NCBI RefSeq assembly: GCF_006345805.1
Contig: NC_042999.1
Location: forward strand, 87,606,001-87,670,000
Source: Octopus sinensis
Taxonomy: Eukaryota
Reading direction: 5' to 3'
Length of the DNA: 64,000 bases
The position numbers and the translations under genes were made by a program. Numbering within the stretch: position 1 is the first letter of the stretch; each line of letters opens with the position of its first letter. Under the pieces are notes generated by a model, which did not search any database, was not told the origin of the DNA, and saw only the letters and a program-made list of their open reading frames with translations. Of the stretch, positions 1 to 12,769 are shown in pieces.

Positions 1-66
1 AATCGATGTAATCGACTATCCCCATCCTCCCCAAATTTCAGGCGTTTTGCCTACAGGAGAAAGGAT
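1..66 (+). mobile_element. SINE 3' tail fragment
   Basis: atcgatgtaatcgact...ccccaaatttcaggc...gcctacaggagaaaggatt resembles the tail of the SINE copies at 58.7-59.1 kb. Confidence 0.6.
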
Positions 67-651
67 TTTATATCGCTAGACAGGTGACAGGTAGTTCTGG
101 ATCTTCATGTTTTTGGTTCACCCTCAACCCAAAGGTAAGTTTGACATTTTGACTATCTCTGGATCGCAGAATAAAATACCTGTCATATACCTGAGTCACT
201 GAAATTTTCTACTCAAAGCTGTTGGCTTTGCTTCTGAATTACAAACAATTATAAATCACTTTGCTTTTATCGCACAGGAGGTCTATAAAATATGTACCTG
301 TCAGACATAAGATTTGATTTAATTATTTTTATTGTTTATTCATTAATACTCATTGGCTAATTCATAATTAGTTAATTAAGAATATGACCTTCTTAGAAAA
401 TGACTATGATGTAATGCATTCCTATTCCAAAAAGATTTTTGATGCTTTATTTATAGGAGACAGGGCTACATTTAAGCTCTTTTTATGAGCTTCCGAGACT
501 GTGGAGAAGAAAGTAAGATGTTATCTTTAGATTAGGTGGCATTGTTTTCAAAAGGGAGAACTAAATAACACAAGGTTCTGGGGGTGGTATTAGACGTAGG
601 TGACGGGATAGATTAAATCTCTCACACAAGAACAGGAATAGTTCCGTTATA

Positions 652-795
652 TGGCTTCTACGCTCGTCTCGTCCACCAAAGTTTACTCACAGGGTAATTT
701 TACTCGACCTTTGCTATATCAGAAAGCACTTATTCAAGGTGCTATGCAGAAGGATCGAAACGAAAATAATATGGTTATGAAACAAAATGCTGAAA
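652..795 (-). mobile_element. Highly degraded tRNA-derived SINE
   Basis: Degenerate similarity to the minus-strand SINE at 13068-13236 and 47860-48004 (ccaccaaa..actcacagg..cacttattcaaggtgc). Confidence 0.5.
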
Positions 796-1199
796 CTTGA
801 GGTTTTACATGGATGCACATATGTTTCCAAGAAATATCTTCATACTTACCAAAATACTTTCTACTTTTTAGTTTCTCTAGTATCTCCTACTCACACAGAG
901 TTCATTATGAAACATCTTATTAAACTTTTCACTGTTGTTTAGTTGTCATACATGAGAGAGTAAGCACTTTGTTTCTTCCTTATTGACTACTCCACACAAT
1001 TACCTATCAAGATTATCCCAGAAATCACCGTTGTTTGACAGCATTCACAGGTATGTTAATATTGCTCATGAACAGGAATAGAGATTATAGTTGCATACAA
1101 TGAAGTTTTGAAGTATACAGAAATAGTAGTATTTATATATAGAAATATACATTTAAAATCTGGTAATCAGAACAAAAGATAGCGAAAGCACACAAAGGG

Positions 1200-1457
1200 C
1201 TTCACAATATCTTTGAAAACAAATAAAGATATCGGAAGAAGCAGAGCAAACGTTGATTGGAAGAAGATATTCTAAAAATAAAGTTACTGTAATTCAGAGA
1301 TTTTGACAAGTATTCAATTTGTTGACTTTGCAAGACTACAAGGTCGGGACAAACATGTGTATAGGATCGTGTTGGGACAGCAGAGAGAAGAAATGGGAGA
1401 TGACCGATGATCAATAAAGAAAGGAATAAGAACAGAGAACGAGAAAGAGGAAAGAGG

Positions 1458-1547
<90 letters not shown>

Positions 1548-1900
1548 GAAAGGGCGAGAGAGATGAAATTAAAAAGTATAGGAACTGATGGGAAGGGAAA
1601 GTAAGGAAAGGAGCTGCAAATTAGAAAAGAAGAATGAAAATAGACATAAAGGAAAGTGAAGATGGATAAAAGGAGAAATGGCTGGAGACTAGACGAGATA
1701 TCAGAATGGATAGGCACGAGATAGAAATGATAAAAGCGGTCTGGAGACATGGATAGATTTTTCAGCGACTGGGAAGAAATTAGACGCAATGAAGATTAGA
1801 GATAAATGGATATTAGAAGGAAGTAAGTAAACAATAGAGGCTAAAGGGGAATAATGAAGTTGATGAAGACGTAAATAGAATGGTCACTATATAAACTAAC
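1200..1900 (-). mobile_element. Possible Penelope-like element ORF remnant, interrupted by (GT)n(GA)n
   Basis: Minus translation 'EYLSKSLNYS...FFRYLYL' resembles the Penelope N-terminal 'LSKGLNF...FFRRLRL' motif. Confidence 0.35.
1460..1543. repeat. (GT)n(GA)n compound microsatellite
   Basis: Seen directly. Confidence 0.98.
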
Positions 1901-2059
1901 AACCTTCATGAACGCCACATCTACTGATACAGTTACAGCAACACGCGTACATACACATATACCCATGTACGGACGCACGAAGGCACACAGACTGATCTCT
2001 ATCGATGGGTATATATGTCTCTATATAGAAAAAAAGACAAAACGAGTAAAAGTATCTAA

Positions 2060-2086
2060 CTATCTATCTATCTATCTATCTATCTC

Positions 2087-2171
<85 letters not shown>
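2060..2171. repeat. (TATC)n microsatellite
   Basis: Seen directly. Confidence 0.98.
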
Positions 2172-2569
2172 GCGAGTTTCAATGTACGAATGGAAAACAA
2201 TGTACACAATACATTTACCAGGGTTTAGTTTTTTTAACTCCATCGCTATTTTGCACATGGGAGGGAACGGAAAAGTGAAATAGTAATGAATTAAAGGCTT
2301 AACCTAGAATAAGTAGGTTATTGAGGGTGGTTTTATTTTCCAATTTTTTCATCGATGGAGAAAACTGGTTTCTGACCCAGAAATGATTCGAATTTAGACA
2401 ACAACGTAATAACGTGCATGTTAGAATAGCGTGCATGTTAGAATGTATGCATGCACGTACTTGTGCATGTATGCTTGTGTGCAAGCCCAGATGTCTTTTG
2501 AATGTATGAATCTGTATGTTTTGATTTATGAATATGTACATACACATACGGTAATTGCTTGGAATTCAT

Positions 2570-2725
2570 GTACTAGCAGTGCATCAGGATCCTTCCCAAT
2601 GATTTAAGAAGCCTACTTAGGGAGGATGTAGATGTCTTCAGGATCGGATCTCCTACTCTCAGAATTTCTGGATGTACCAACTTCACAACAGGAAATGCAA
2701 ATAAGGGTAACAAGTAAAAGAGCTA
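2570..2725 (+). mobile_element. Degraded CR1-like LINE 3' end
   Basis: Resembles, from memory, a common cephalopod CR1 3' end (gatgtagatgtcttca...gatgtaccaacttcacaacaggaaatgcaaataaggg). Confidence 0.35.
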
Positions 2726-2739
2726 TATGCATATATTAC

Positions 2740-5700
2740 ATACTAAACTTCTAGAATTTTTTTTACATATTTTCAAAGTGGGTTCAATGTCATGTAATTT
2801 CCTAACTTACTGCGATCATCCTCGTTTTATTAAAGTCAGATTCTCAAAATTTGTTATGTTTCCATTTTTTTCGATAATTATAGGTATAAATCTAAAGCTT
2901 GAGTTCAGCTGGAGTAACTTCAGTCTTCTTATTAGCTCCGCATATTTTCTTCTCCTCCACTAATAATTAAGAGTATGTTAACATCTGGTTTCTGCTCCTA
3001 CGACTAATTTATTTCTTGTTTCAGATCAGTATATCTGGTCTGTTATGCTTGAAAAATATAACTTTTCCAGTTTGTCATTGAAAACTTTTAGTGAAGTCGC
3101 ACCAAACACCAATATCTCATCTGTAGGACAGCTGAGCTCTGGCTGTTCATGAGCATTCTTTCCTGTCCTAAATAACTATATCAGTCCTGTTATGCTTGCA
3201 ATTTGTGGAGGCTTCAATAGGACTGTACCACTAATATTCGTTGTGTTCATAAGTGAGCATTTAATAACAGGGAAATTATCAAAATTTACTCACAGAGCAG
3301 TCTTTCCAACAGTTGACATTGTTATTTAAGTAAAAGTAATATCATGACATGATGACATTCTGGGGTAGCTGCTTACCACACTCGTAATATCATTCACAGA
3401 TGTGTAATATCATCGACATTTTCAAATGCACTGTGGATGTTCCTCGGCTTCGCTGTCTCTTTAGTTCGTTAAAAATATCCCGCACTCAGATTACAACGTT
3501 ATAACCTTAAAAAATGTGACATGATGTCAGAAGTCCAAAACAGGTTACATATCATGATAATTTTTTTTTATCACCATCCTCAGGAAACATACCTGTGCAT
3601 AGCATTTTTATGGTACGCAAAGTATTTCGCTTACACTACTTCTCGTTCATATAGCAAGTGCTCGGAAAGTGAATATTTATGTTTAGAGTACGACAGAAAA
3701 AAGCTTCAATATTTTACACGGCCATTGGTATATCGATAGTAAAATTAGGCAGGCAGTAGCAATATCATCATGTTGCTAATATTTTATCATTTTCCTTTTC
3801 AGTTACCGTTATGGTTTGGACCGATGCAAATTATGCGTTTTTTGTTTAAAATTTTGTCAAAATGTAAAATGTGTAAGGCTTTTCGCAGCTGCCTCAGAAT
3901 TCCAGCCAGTCACAAGTAAAGAGCTATGCCTCTTTTGTTTGAGTTAAATCGGTTCCAGAAATTTTGTGAATATGTAATTTAGTGTAGATATATGTAAATG
4001 CGTCGTTAGATATATAGCCCTATTTTCTGTAATAATGCTGTAATCGATTCTCTTACTGGCTTTTGCTGTTGTAAATGACTTGTAAACAATTTAAGGTAAT
4101 CTGTATGGAAGATATTTGTGATGCTACATTTTTCTCCTCTAAAGATTCTGACATATAGTCTTTACATTACTCCAATTTGACTGTCAAGTATTCACTAAAA
4201 TGACGTAAAACGTAACAAAGACAAACTGTCGATAATCTAACTTTTTTTTTGACTGAAGTTATGGATAACTTTCGACAACTCTGTAATCCATAATATTGTC
4301 GGTCTTTTAATATTATTGACTATAGCACACGAAACCTTGACAATGCATAGGCACTCTAGAATCTTTGACTGAGAGACGGCTGTAAACGCATTCTTATATT
4401 GTGGACATAGAGCTATCACCAATCCTTTAAAATACTCCTCCTCCGTTGCCATGTTGTTTGGTTCGTCGTAATCTTAGAGAGACACACTCATGCCACTAAT
4501 GTACCACTTATGCATTACATTTAAGCATGCCCTGGACCAGTAGTTCTGAGTACATATGTCCCTATATTTTTCTAGTTCGAGAGTAGTCCTTGCATCTATT
4601 TACTCTTTTGTCCATTATTGTTTCGAACAGGTTGTTGAGAGTTTGCTGAAGAGCGTGAGCTTCCAATATTAATTACCAGCTATCAAGCCTCTCCTAGAAG
4701 ATTTTCTGTTTGGTAGTTTTGCAACAGCTGTTAGCAGAGTTTCACTGATGATGTTGTATGTTTTGGGAGCAACATTTGCGCAGTACTCACTCTGTAATCA
4801 CATTACTTCGTAGTAGTGCTATTTATTTACATTCTAGATTACACCTTAAAATAACATTATATCAGTAAAAAAAAAAAGAAAGCTTTTACAAATTTGATTG
4901 TGTGACCTTCTACGCTGCATATGCCACTTGAGAATTTAATACGAACTTTATAATATTGCGTACTTGTAATATTCTATCTCGTGAATTTTGATTTACCGTT
5001 CACAGTTCATATTTAAAAGCAATTAGCTTACCCGTGAATGTCCCTCGTTGGCAATTTTCGCAGACTTTGGATCGTTTATTACAGTCGCAGCTAGTGGTTC
5101 GTGAATTCATTATTTACTTAACATCTAATGATAGTGTCCGCTTGTCCGATATCTTTCCGGAGTCTATCGATATTTTTTGAAAAGCGGTGACCTCTATTAG
5201 TTCTCATTTTCATCGAACCTTGTTACTCTAATCTGTTGGACACTTTAGGGACATTTAATATTTAAAGGTTGAGAGCTTCAGCTTTTGCTAGATGTTCTTT
5301 AGCAACTTAATCAATCACTATTAACATCAAGTCAGATTTTCTATCGATTCGAGTAAAGTAGTGATTTGTCTAAATAAATGGCAAAGTTTTGCTTGAATAT
5401 TGTTGTAAGCTATGTTTTATATATTTCACTAATTTCTATTTGTTCAGAAGCACCTTTAACATCCGTGCAATGTCTGCAGTTATATTCCAGGATTATTGTT
5501 ATGGTTTTTTTACTTTAGTAGAGGGTTATGTTCGTATTTTTATCGAGGTAAGAATTTATTGGTCCGTTTACACTTATTCGCTGTGTATTTTTGTGTTAGG
5601 AAAAGCAGCATAAATCTTCTTAACGAAACTTACCGTCACAGAAGCATCGCACTGAAATGTGAGAAGCTGGGATATATTGCATACCATTAGAATTTCACAC

Positions 5701-5930
5701 TCTTTATATAAAGGACAAGGGATCTTTACCGGCTTTTCCAAGAAATGCCACAACTCTTTATTTATTTCAAAAGTTCACTGGAATTTATCTTGAGTGTTAC
5801 GAGCCCTAGGATAGCTGGGCCCAATTTCCTTTCTTGCCAAGGAGTACGTAATAATAATCCATATTTTTAGTAGTTTAACTTTGCTGCTTGATTACTATTA
5901 CGGTTTTCTCTAAAGGGACACTTCTTCGGA
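2740..5930 (-). mobile_element. Old, long, heavily decayed R4/Dong-clade non-LTR retrotransposon (RT + RLE)
   Basis: Minus-strand motifs in correct order: 'AVAKLPNRKS', 'RTTL..QNYWSRACLNVMHK', 'QYKNAFTAVSQSKILECL' (DYKKAFDSVPH), 'DSLSLL', 'ITNIFHTDYLKLF' (HLFFVDDLKL), 'HKNAMHRY', 'CKHNRTDIVI', 'YAELIRRLKLL..FRFIPIII'. Many stops and frameshifts; 5' boundary uncertain. Confidence 0.75.
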
Positions 5931-6055
5931 TTTATTAAAAAGAAAAAGAAAAAAAGAAATGAGATAAGAAAAAGATAACCATTTTTGACAGGTTTGTATC
6001 AATGGTAAAACTTTCAGGTGAAAATGGTCGGTCTCCTTACGCGGGTGTGACGGAT

Positions 6056-6060
6056 ATCTG

Positions 6061-6111
<51 letters not shown>

Positions 6112-6121
6112 GTCTATAAAA

Positions 6122-6188
<67 letters not shown>
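6056..6188. repeat. (TATC)n/(TC)n compound microsatellite
   Basis: Seen directly. Confidence 0.97.
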
Positions 6189-6189
<1 letters not shown>

Positions 6190-6470
6190 ATAAAGTTATG
6201 AGTTCAATTCCTAGCAACGCGTTGTTCCCTTGATCAACACACTTTATTTCATGTTGCTCCAGTCCACTCAGCTGGCAAAAATGAATTGTACCCGTATTTC
6301 AAAGGCCCAGCCTTGTCACATTATGTGCCACGCTGAATCTCCTTGTGAACTACGTTAAGAGTACGTGTGTCTGTAGAGTGCTTAGCCACTTGCGCCTTAA
6401 TTTCACGTGCAAGCTGTTCTGTTGATCGTATCAGCTGGGACCCTCGTCGTTGTAACCGACGGAGTGCTCC
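6190..6470 (+). mobile_element. 5'-truncated tRNA-derived SINE with Nin/Deu-like core
   Basis: B-box-like gagttcaattcc, then core ccttga.caacacactttatttcatgttgctccagtccactcagctg; reverse-oriented relative at 8300-8420. Confidence 0.75.
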
Positions 6471-6499
6471 TCTAATATATGTATGTAAATAAATAAATT

Positions 6500-6700
6500 C
6501 ATATATATAGAAAATGTAAAGTCAATAATCATTCCATTGGACAATGCACTGGAACAAAGCTTCAAAATGTTGGTATTATTTAGCGTATTTATGGAAATAG
6601 AGAATGTCAACGTTTCGGGCATTAGTCGTTCGTCAGAAGAAAAGAAAGGGAGAAACATGGAAAGAGTAAAAGAATGAAATAGTTTGTAAAAAAGCAGCGA
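6500..6700 (-). mobile_element. Penelope-like terminal repeat remnant with degenerate hammerhead core
   Basis: Minus strand reads CTGACGA-acgactaatgccc-GAAA-CGTT (6609-6636), the layout of minimal PLE hammerheads. Confidence 0.5.
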
Positions 6701-7404
6701 GAAACTCGGTATGTATGTTGTTCTATGCTAGGGAGTTAAAAAGAGCATAAAGGTGTTAAAGAGCATAAAAGTGAGTGGTATGTATGTGTGCTAGTGTAGT
6801 CTATGTATGTGTATAGATGTGTAGAAGGATGGAAATATAGTTGTGTTGGTGTTGTGGAAGCGTGTATCTGAGGTGGTGAAAGCCTGTGCGAAGGCGTACA
6901 ATCATTGATAAAGTATTTAGAATGGCATATATTTGTATATATGTTGTTGCTACTAATGTTTTTGTTGTTTTGTCTTTTGTTAAGCGTTTTGTAACTTGTC
7001 ATTTGTATATCTATTCATGCGTGATTGCTTTTAGTACTAGCTGGTGTTGTTCCTGAGTCACATAAATGCATATTCAAACGTATACACATACTAACACATA
7101 TACATATGCAAGTATGTATAAGCATGTTAGCATTTATGCACATAAGATAGAAAAGTTAGGGGCGTGGCCTAAAGTATCGTGTAGAGATTCTCTCACTGTT
7201 CGACGCATGTAAGGTGACCGCGTAACCAGTTCCAACTAAGACACCATGAACAAATTAATCTCCATAAATTAGCACATGTAAACATTATATTTCATTACTT
7301 CCTTTCACACCACTTGAGTTGTATATACAACGTGACCGCGATGTCATATACACACACACATGCATACATACATCTATGTGTGTGTATATATGCACGTACT
7401 TACG

Positions 7405-7471
7405 TATGTATGTATGTATGTATGTATGTATGTATGTATGTATGTATGTATGTATGTATGTATGTATGTAT
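7405..7471. repeat. (TATG)n microsatellite
   Basis: Seen directly. Confidence 0.97.
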
Positions 7472-7751
7472 GCGTGTACGTATGTATATATAATATAATC
7501 TTAGTAATCACACTGTCACCAGCAAAGAGGGCGCTCCAACTGCTAATACAATTCAATGATATATTGAAAGTTTTCTAGGTTGATGATTTAAAGCAAATCT
7601 GATATAGAGTCAGATTTTGGCTGCTATTTGCAGCGTGGCGGTATCTCTTAGATACCCTAAATTATAATTTTAATAATAATTATTACCTTTGAAGGTTTTT
7701 ATTCCCATGCTGGCCACTTGATACGATCGATATTTAAATTAATGATATTAT

Positions 7752-7786
<35 letters not shown>

Positions 7787-8224
7787 CCTAGGACATAAAC
7801 ATTTAACATGTTAAATACATAACTATAAAGACACGCATTTACAAACAAAGGCAGAAACAAATCAGCAAATTCTGTAACTGAAAATGCGATTACTCTGTTA
7901 TTGGAAAGCGGGGTGTCGTATAAATGTCATATATTTAAATTTAAATTTAGAAATGTAACTATTTATGTTCTAAGTATTATTCATATTCAGGGGTTTGCTA
8001 TTGCAAATATCAGGGCGATACAGAACATTCTCGGGCAGCTGTTGATGATGGGGATGACATCTTCCACACCGGAGTGTTACAATCGACATTTCCTCTCAAA
8101 TTATCGAGGTTTAGAGAAATCTTCAGCCTTCTTATTCACCTAGATGCATAGAAGCCACTACTTGGTTACTAAATAGCGATAGCGTATCCATCAATGTGAG
8201 ATTCTGATGTGCTGTTAGATTATA

Positions 8225-8577
8225 GACATTCAACCAGTAACCTGGTTTTGACGGTGCTCACTTGATTTAATACTGGACTTTGCATTTTCCATTAGGTTAA
8301 ATTGTAAGTGGCTGAGTATTCCACAGCCATTTGTACCATATATTAATCCTCAGCTTGAATTGGTTTGATACAGTGCCTGACAAGATTGGACTTTTGAATT
8401 ACACGTTGAATCAGTTTAGCGGTGTACCACTCTTTCCATCTACCCTGTCCTACATGCAAGGCTTAGGTCAACCCAAAGCGATAATAAAGGGCAAATGCCA
8501 AAGATGTCATGTTGGTTGATGGAACCAAGAAACTCATGATCGCGAAGCGAGTACCTTAACCATTCAGTCATGCCTGG
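8225..8577 (-). mobile_element. Degraded tRNA-derived SINE
   Basis: 8305-8420 is the reverse complement of the 6.3-6.4 kb SINE body; tRNA-like head ends at ...cttaaccattcagtcatgcc. Confidence 0.6.
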
Positions 8578-8664
8578 ATATACATTAACACTCGCACACG
8601 CACTCAACCGCACGCACCCACCACCACCACTCGCTCCCCAACCACATGCTCCCTGTCCCATGCA

Positions 8665-8667
<3 letters not shown>

Positions 8668-8697
<30 letters not shown>

Positions 8698-8722
8698 CAC
8701 ACACACACACACACACACACAC
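8668..8722. repeat. (CA)n microsatellite
   Basis: Seen directly. Confidence 0.97.
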
Positions 8723-9235
8723 AAATACATCCACACACGCATACACGAATATAATGTGCCCTAGAATCCATAGTATTCTTCTAAGCTACAGGCATGGCGT
8801 ATGTTGATCAGAAAATCTTCCTAACAAACTTGACTATTAGATTAATAACATAGATAATATTTGTTACTCTTTCAGTCAACCGAGTTATGGTGTTTTACGC
8901 AATGAGAACGACTATGTAGAAGATGTAAATGAATCGATCAATCAATTCTCTCCTCACCTTCAGTGTTTAAGACATGTAATTTACATCAGTACCAGACTTC
9001 TCCGGTTTTCTATTTATTCACTTCCTCCTTTGCTTTTCACTCTATGTCTTTAATTTTCATTTCACTGAAATGATTTCCCCACTCACTACTGACCTTTTGT
9101 AAATATTTCTATTATGTTTAGGAAGAAATCGTTTCAAAGTACAGTCCATTCGATATTTCCGATTCTCAGGGATGTTGAAGCAGTGCTGACTGATAGCCAG
9201 TTATAAATAGACAGAAGAATTGTGATGAATTGATA

Positions 9236-9365
9236 AAGAGAGTGAGAGAGAAGGAGAAGAAGGGAGAGAGAGAGAGAGAGAGAAAGAGAGGGGAAGTGAG
9301 AGAGAGAGAAAGAGAGGAGAAGTGAGAGAGAGAAGGAGAGAAATGGAGAGAGAGAGAGAGGGAGG
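9236..9365. repeat. GA-rich degenerate microsatellite
   Basis: Seen directly. Confidence 0.9.
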
Positions 9366-9899
9366 TAAGAAGAAAAAGGTGGGAGATATAGAATGCAAGA
9401 AGTAGAACGAGTAATCTCATGGTTTAATTAGAGAAAATCACCCCAACAAAAGAATTGAAAATATGAAAGCTGTTCACTAATGTTTCTATTCTAATACGAT
9501 TAATTCAAAATATGTTAGAAGTGCATCACCGGAGTCTAGATTAGACAAAGTTATAAACATTGTGATGTTAATTGTCCAATATCTTACGCTAATGTAGTAA
9601 TATACACGATTGCAACTGTTGTGGAACCACTAATTGGTGAAATAAGGTTGGGCTTTAAAACCAGATTTCTAAGTGCATTAATTCTAAAACTCTCCATATG
9701 AAAGTGGTCAATTCTTATACAGTGAATGACTTCCTATAATTATTAAGTTGCTCAAATTCTAAAGAGAGTTGTATCCCATCGTTGGTGTTGTGCCGTACTA
9801 TTTGCAAAGACAGCTGTCAGAAACCAGTTCATTATGAAATACATTTTTAGATATTAACAAGCAATGCGGTCCAGGAATTGTAGCTGTTCTTGTTATCGT

Positions 9900-10065
9900 C
9901 GTCGTCGTTGTTGTCGTTTAGTTTTCAGTATGACTTTGATTGATCAGACCTGTGATCCAGGACATTCCAGCTTTGATCACCCTGTCTTATTGTTTATCCC
10001 GGAATAGATTAACCCTTCCATTTGAGAAGGTAGAGTGTGTGACCTATTTCTAGTAAGAACATACT
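9900..10065. repeat. Old interspersed repeat family, representative copy. Other copies near 7575-7655, 10960-11130, 11720-11895, 15440-15500, 36930-37100, 44010-44195, 45600-45780
   Basis: Recurrent blocks ttgtttag...cagacct.tgatc..gacattccagc..tgaccat and ...gctatttctag seen in both orientations. Confidence 0.6.
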
Positions 10066-10221
10066 TCTCTCGATAGTACATAGACTTGTATAACAGCATC
10101 AGAGTTATTTTCAAAAGTGTGTCCATCTTAAGAACCTTTCAATAGTTTGCCACTTGCGCTACAAGCTATATATAAGCTCGACGCATACCAGCAGAAATGT
10201 GTAAGAACTACATACTTAGCT

Positions 10222-10520
10222 GTGGAAGCACATGGCCTTGTGGTTAGAGCAGCGGACTCGCGGTCGAGGGATCGCTGGTTCAAATCTCAGACCGGGTGGT
10301 GTGTGTGTTTATGAGCGAAACACCTAAGCTCCACGCAGCTCCGGCAGAAGGTAGTGGCGAACTTCTGCTGACTCTTTCGCCACAACTTTCTCTCACTCTT
10401 TCTTCCTGCATCTTGCAGCTTACCTGCGACGGACCGGCGTCCCTTCCAGGGGGGAACCTATACGCCAAGGAAACCGGGAAACCGGCGTGGCTCGAGAAGG
10501 AACAAACAACAACAACAACA
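10222..10520 (+). mobile_element. Full-length tRNA-derived SINE with (CAA)n tail and probable TSD
   Basis: A-box TGGCCTTGTGG, B-box GGTTCAAATC, near-identical to 25875-26180. Flanks catacttagctgtg (10211-10224) / catattttgctgtg (10519-10532). Confidence 0.9.
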
Positions 10521-12714
10521 TATTTTGCTGTGCTGCTTAATTAGTTGATTCTCAGTAGAGTATGAAAGGATTTGCAAATATAGTCACGAACTATTCCTTA
10601 AACTTAATATCTTAAGTAATTACAAAATATACCAGTAATTACTTACTCAATAAATTGGACATGCTTTTATACAACTAACATCGCGTTAAGTTTCTGGTGA
10701 CTAGAAGTAGGATGGGTGAGCTCATTTTGAGCGATCGGCCATGCACACGAGTGGCATCTTGTAAAATCATCCTGCACATGAGTTTGAAAATCATGCAGTT
10801 GGTCTAAGACAGCAGCCATGAAAAGTCCAGTGAAACATACAGTGCTCTAGAGCTGGAGTCGACGTCCACGAGTAATGTGGCGTAGAGCGAGAAGACGAAA
10901 ATGTAGCTACTCTTCTCCATAAATGCATCTCCCATTTCAGAAATTGATAACTAGATAATGTTGTTTAGCCGCAGGTAAGCCTTCGTGAAATAGACCCGTG
11001 ATCATATACGATCAAGTCGTTGATATGTCTTTTTGTATATTAGGTGCTACATTTTTCCATATATCCTTCTTTAACACGGTTGAGTGTAGAAACTTGACAG
11101 CTGTTTCTAGTATACCGAGCAATTGCGTACAGACTATTTTGTAGATATATTATCTTCAGAATTGGCGATTTTCTACAGAAACCATCCTCCCTTCCTTCTC
11201 AATTCAAATCCGGTTTTCTAAATCTTTATCCTCATCTCTTCTTATCCCTTTCTTTATTGCATATTTCGCTATTCCCTAACAATCGCAGAGAATTATATAG
11301 AAATAAATTACGATTTACACTGTGTTTTAATGCTTTGTAACTAAGGAAACATTTTCAGGAAGACTTATGTTTCTGTGAGTAAGCTGCATAGGGTAAAGAC
11401 AGCACATTATAAAGTGTGAGGAAGAGATTCAAGTGTCGCTTTTAATCTACAGGGTACATTAGAAAAGAATGTGATATAAAATAGCTATAAGTAGGAGTCA
11501 AAAGTTATTGAACGTGTCATCTCGTAGGTTTAGAATGAGGATCAGTTTCTAAAAATATTTCCTCCTTGAATCAGGAGTTTTTTTTTGTAGATTATTCTCA
11601 AACGTCTTATATTACGCATTTTATCAACCTCTACGATTCTCTTATCATTTAATCTCTAAAATTAGTTTTCACTCTATTTTCCTTGTTATTGACTGCTTTT
11701 CTGACAATATCATCCTGCGCGTCTTCTTTTTTTTTTATAAGACGGCAAAGTATGATTTGAAGAACATTTGATAGTAATTTAGAGTTGGTCGAGCATCAGC
11801 ATATAGTCTCTATTGTTGGGTCCAATACCTGACGGGATGGTCAATGATGGGATGTCTTTGATTATAGACTGACCAGCTTCGAAACAAAAACAACGTTCGC
11901 TCAGTTACTGATACCGCAACTCTTCCATGTATTTTCTCCTAAGACACAGAAAATACATACAAAATAGCTACGTTGGCGAATATCGTTTGATTCATTGTTA
12001 TAAACAACTAACAGCACGTAAACTACAAGGGTATATTGTATTTGCTCCGGTAAATTGATATCTTTAGTTAAGAAATCATTTTAATTGCAAATTAATACAT
12101 TTAATAATGCAATCTATGATGTTTAAAAGCAGGAACTTAGAAGTTACTGTCAATAATACAATAAACGTCAACAAATAAGTATATTTCATTTATGGCTTTC
12201 GTTATAGATTCATATGGCATTTTGTTTGAAATTGATTATTGATTCCTATTGACAATAATAAAATTTATAGCCACAATATCGATAGATTTATAGATTAATG
12301 GAGAGACAGAAAGAAAGAAACGGAGAAAAAGAGTTACAGGATATCATCAAAGATAGTTCTAGACAGTTCTTTATTTGAAATCACACTGAATGGTTTTGAC
12401 GCTAAAAAACATAGCAGCTCTTTATTTCTATACATTACAAATTCAATATTCTTTCCTATTCTGAAAGAAATCATTATAGAAATTCCCTCTCTCTCTCTGT
12501 CTCGCCCTATCTCTCTCTCTCTCCCTCTCTCTCTCTCTATCTTGCTATGTGTATGTGTATGCATGTATCTCCCTCTCTCGCCTTCCCTCCTCTCCTCTTT
12601 TAACACGCAAAGGAAGATACGAAAGCATGTAGTTAAATACATACGTATATGAATTCCGATGAATTCAGACCTACACGTACAAAAATACGTACACATGCAT
12701 ACTAAATACCAATG

Positions 12715-12751
<37 letters not shown>

Positions 12752-12769
12752 ATATATGTATGTATGGAA

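Noticed and set aside
3288-3319. Minus-strand aacaATG...CT|GTGAGT, resembling a first coding exon
   Set aside because: It lies inside the decayed R4 element just upstream of its RLE motifs; most likely chance
7510-7560. CTCF-like ccagcaaagagggcgc
   Set aside because: Spacing does not fit the consensus (2 extra nt), and the context resembles an interspersed repeat end
8085-8130. Minus-strand CTGAAGA...GAAA
   Set aside because: Stem II does not pair adjacent to the boxes and there is no stem I
10222-10300. tRNA-like sequence, also at 25875 and 57150-57216
   Set aside because: These are SINE heads: no complete acceptor stem, and they continue into the SINE body
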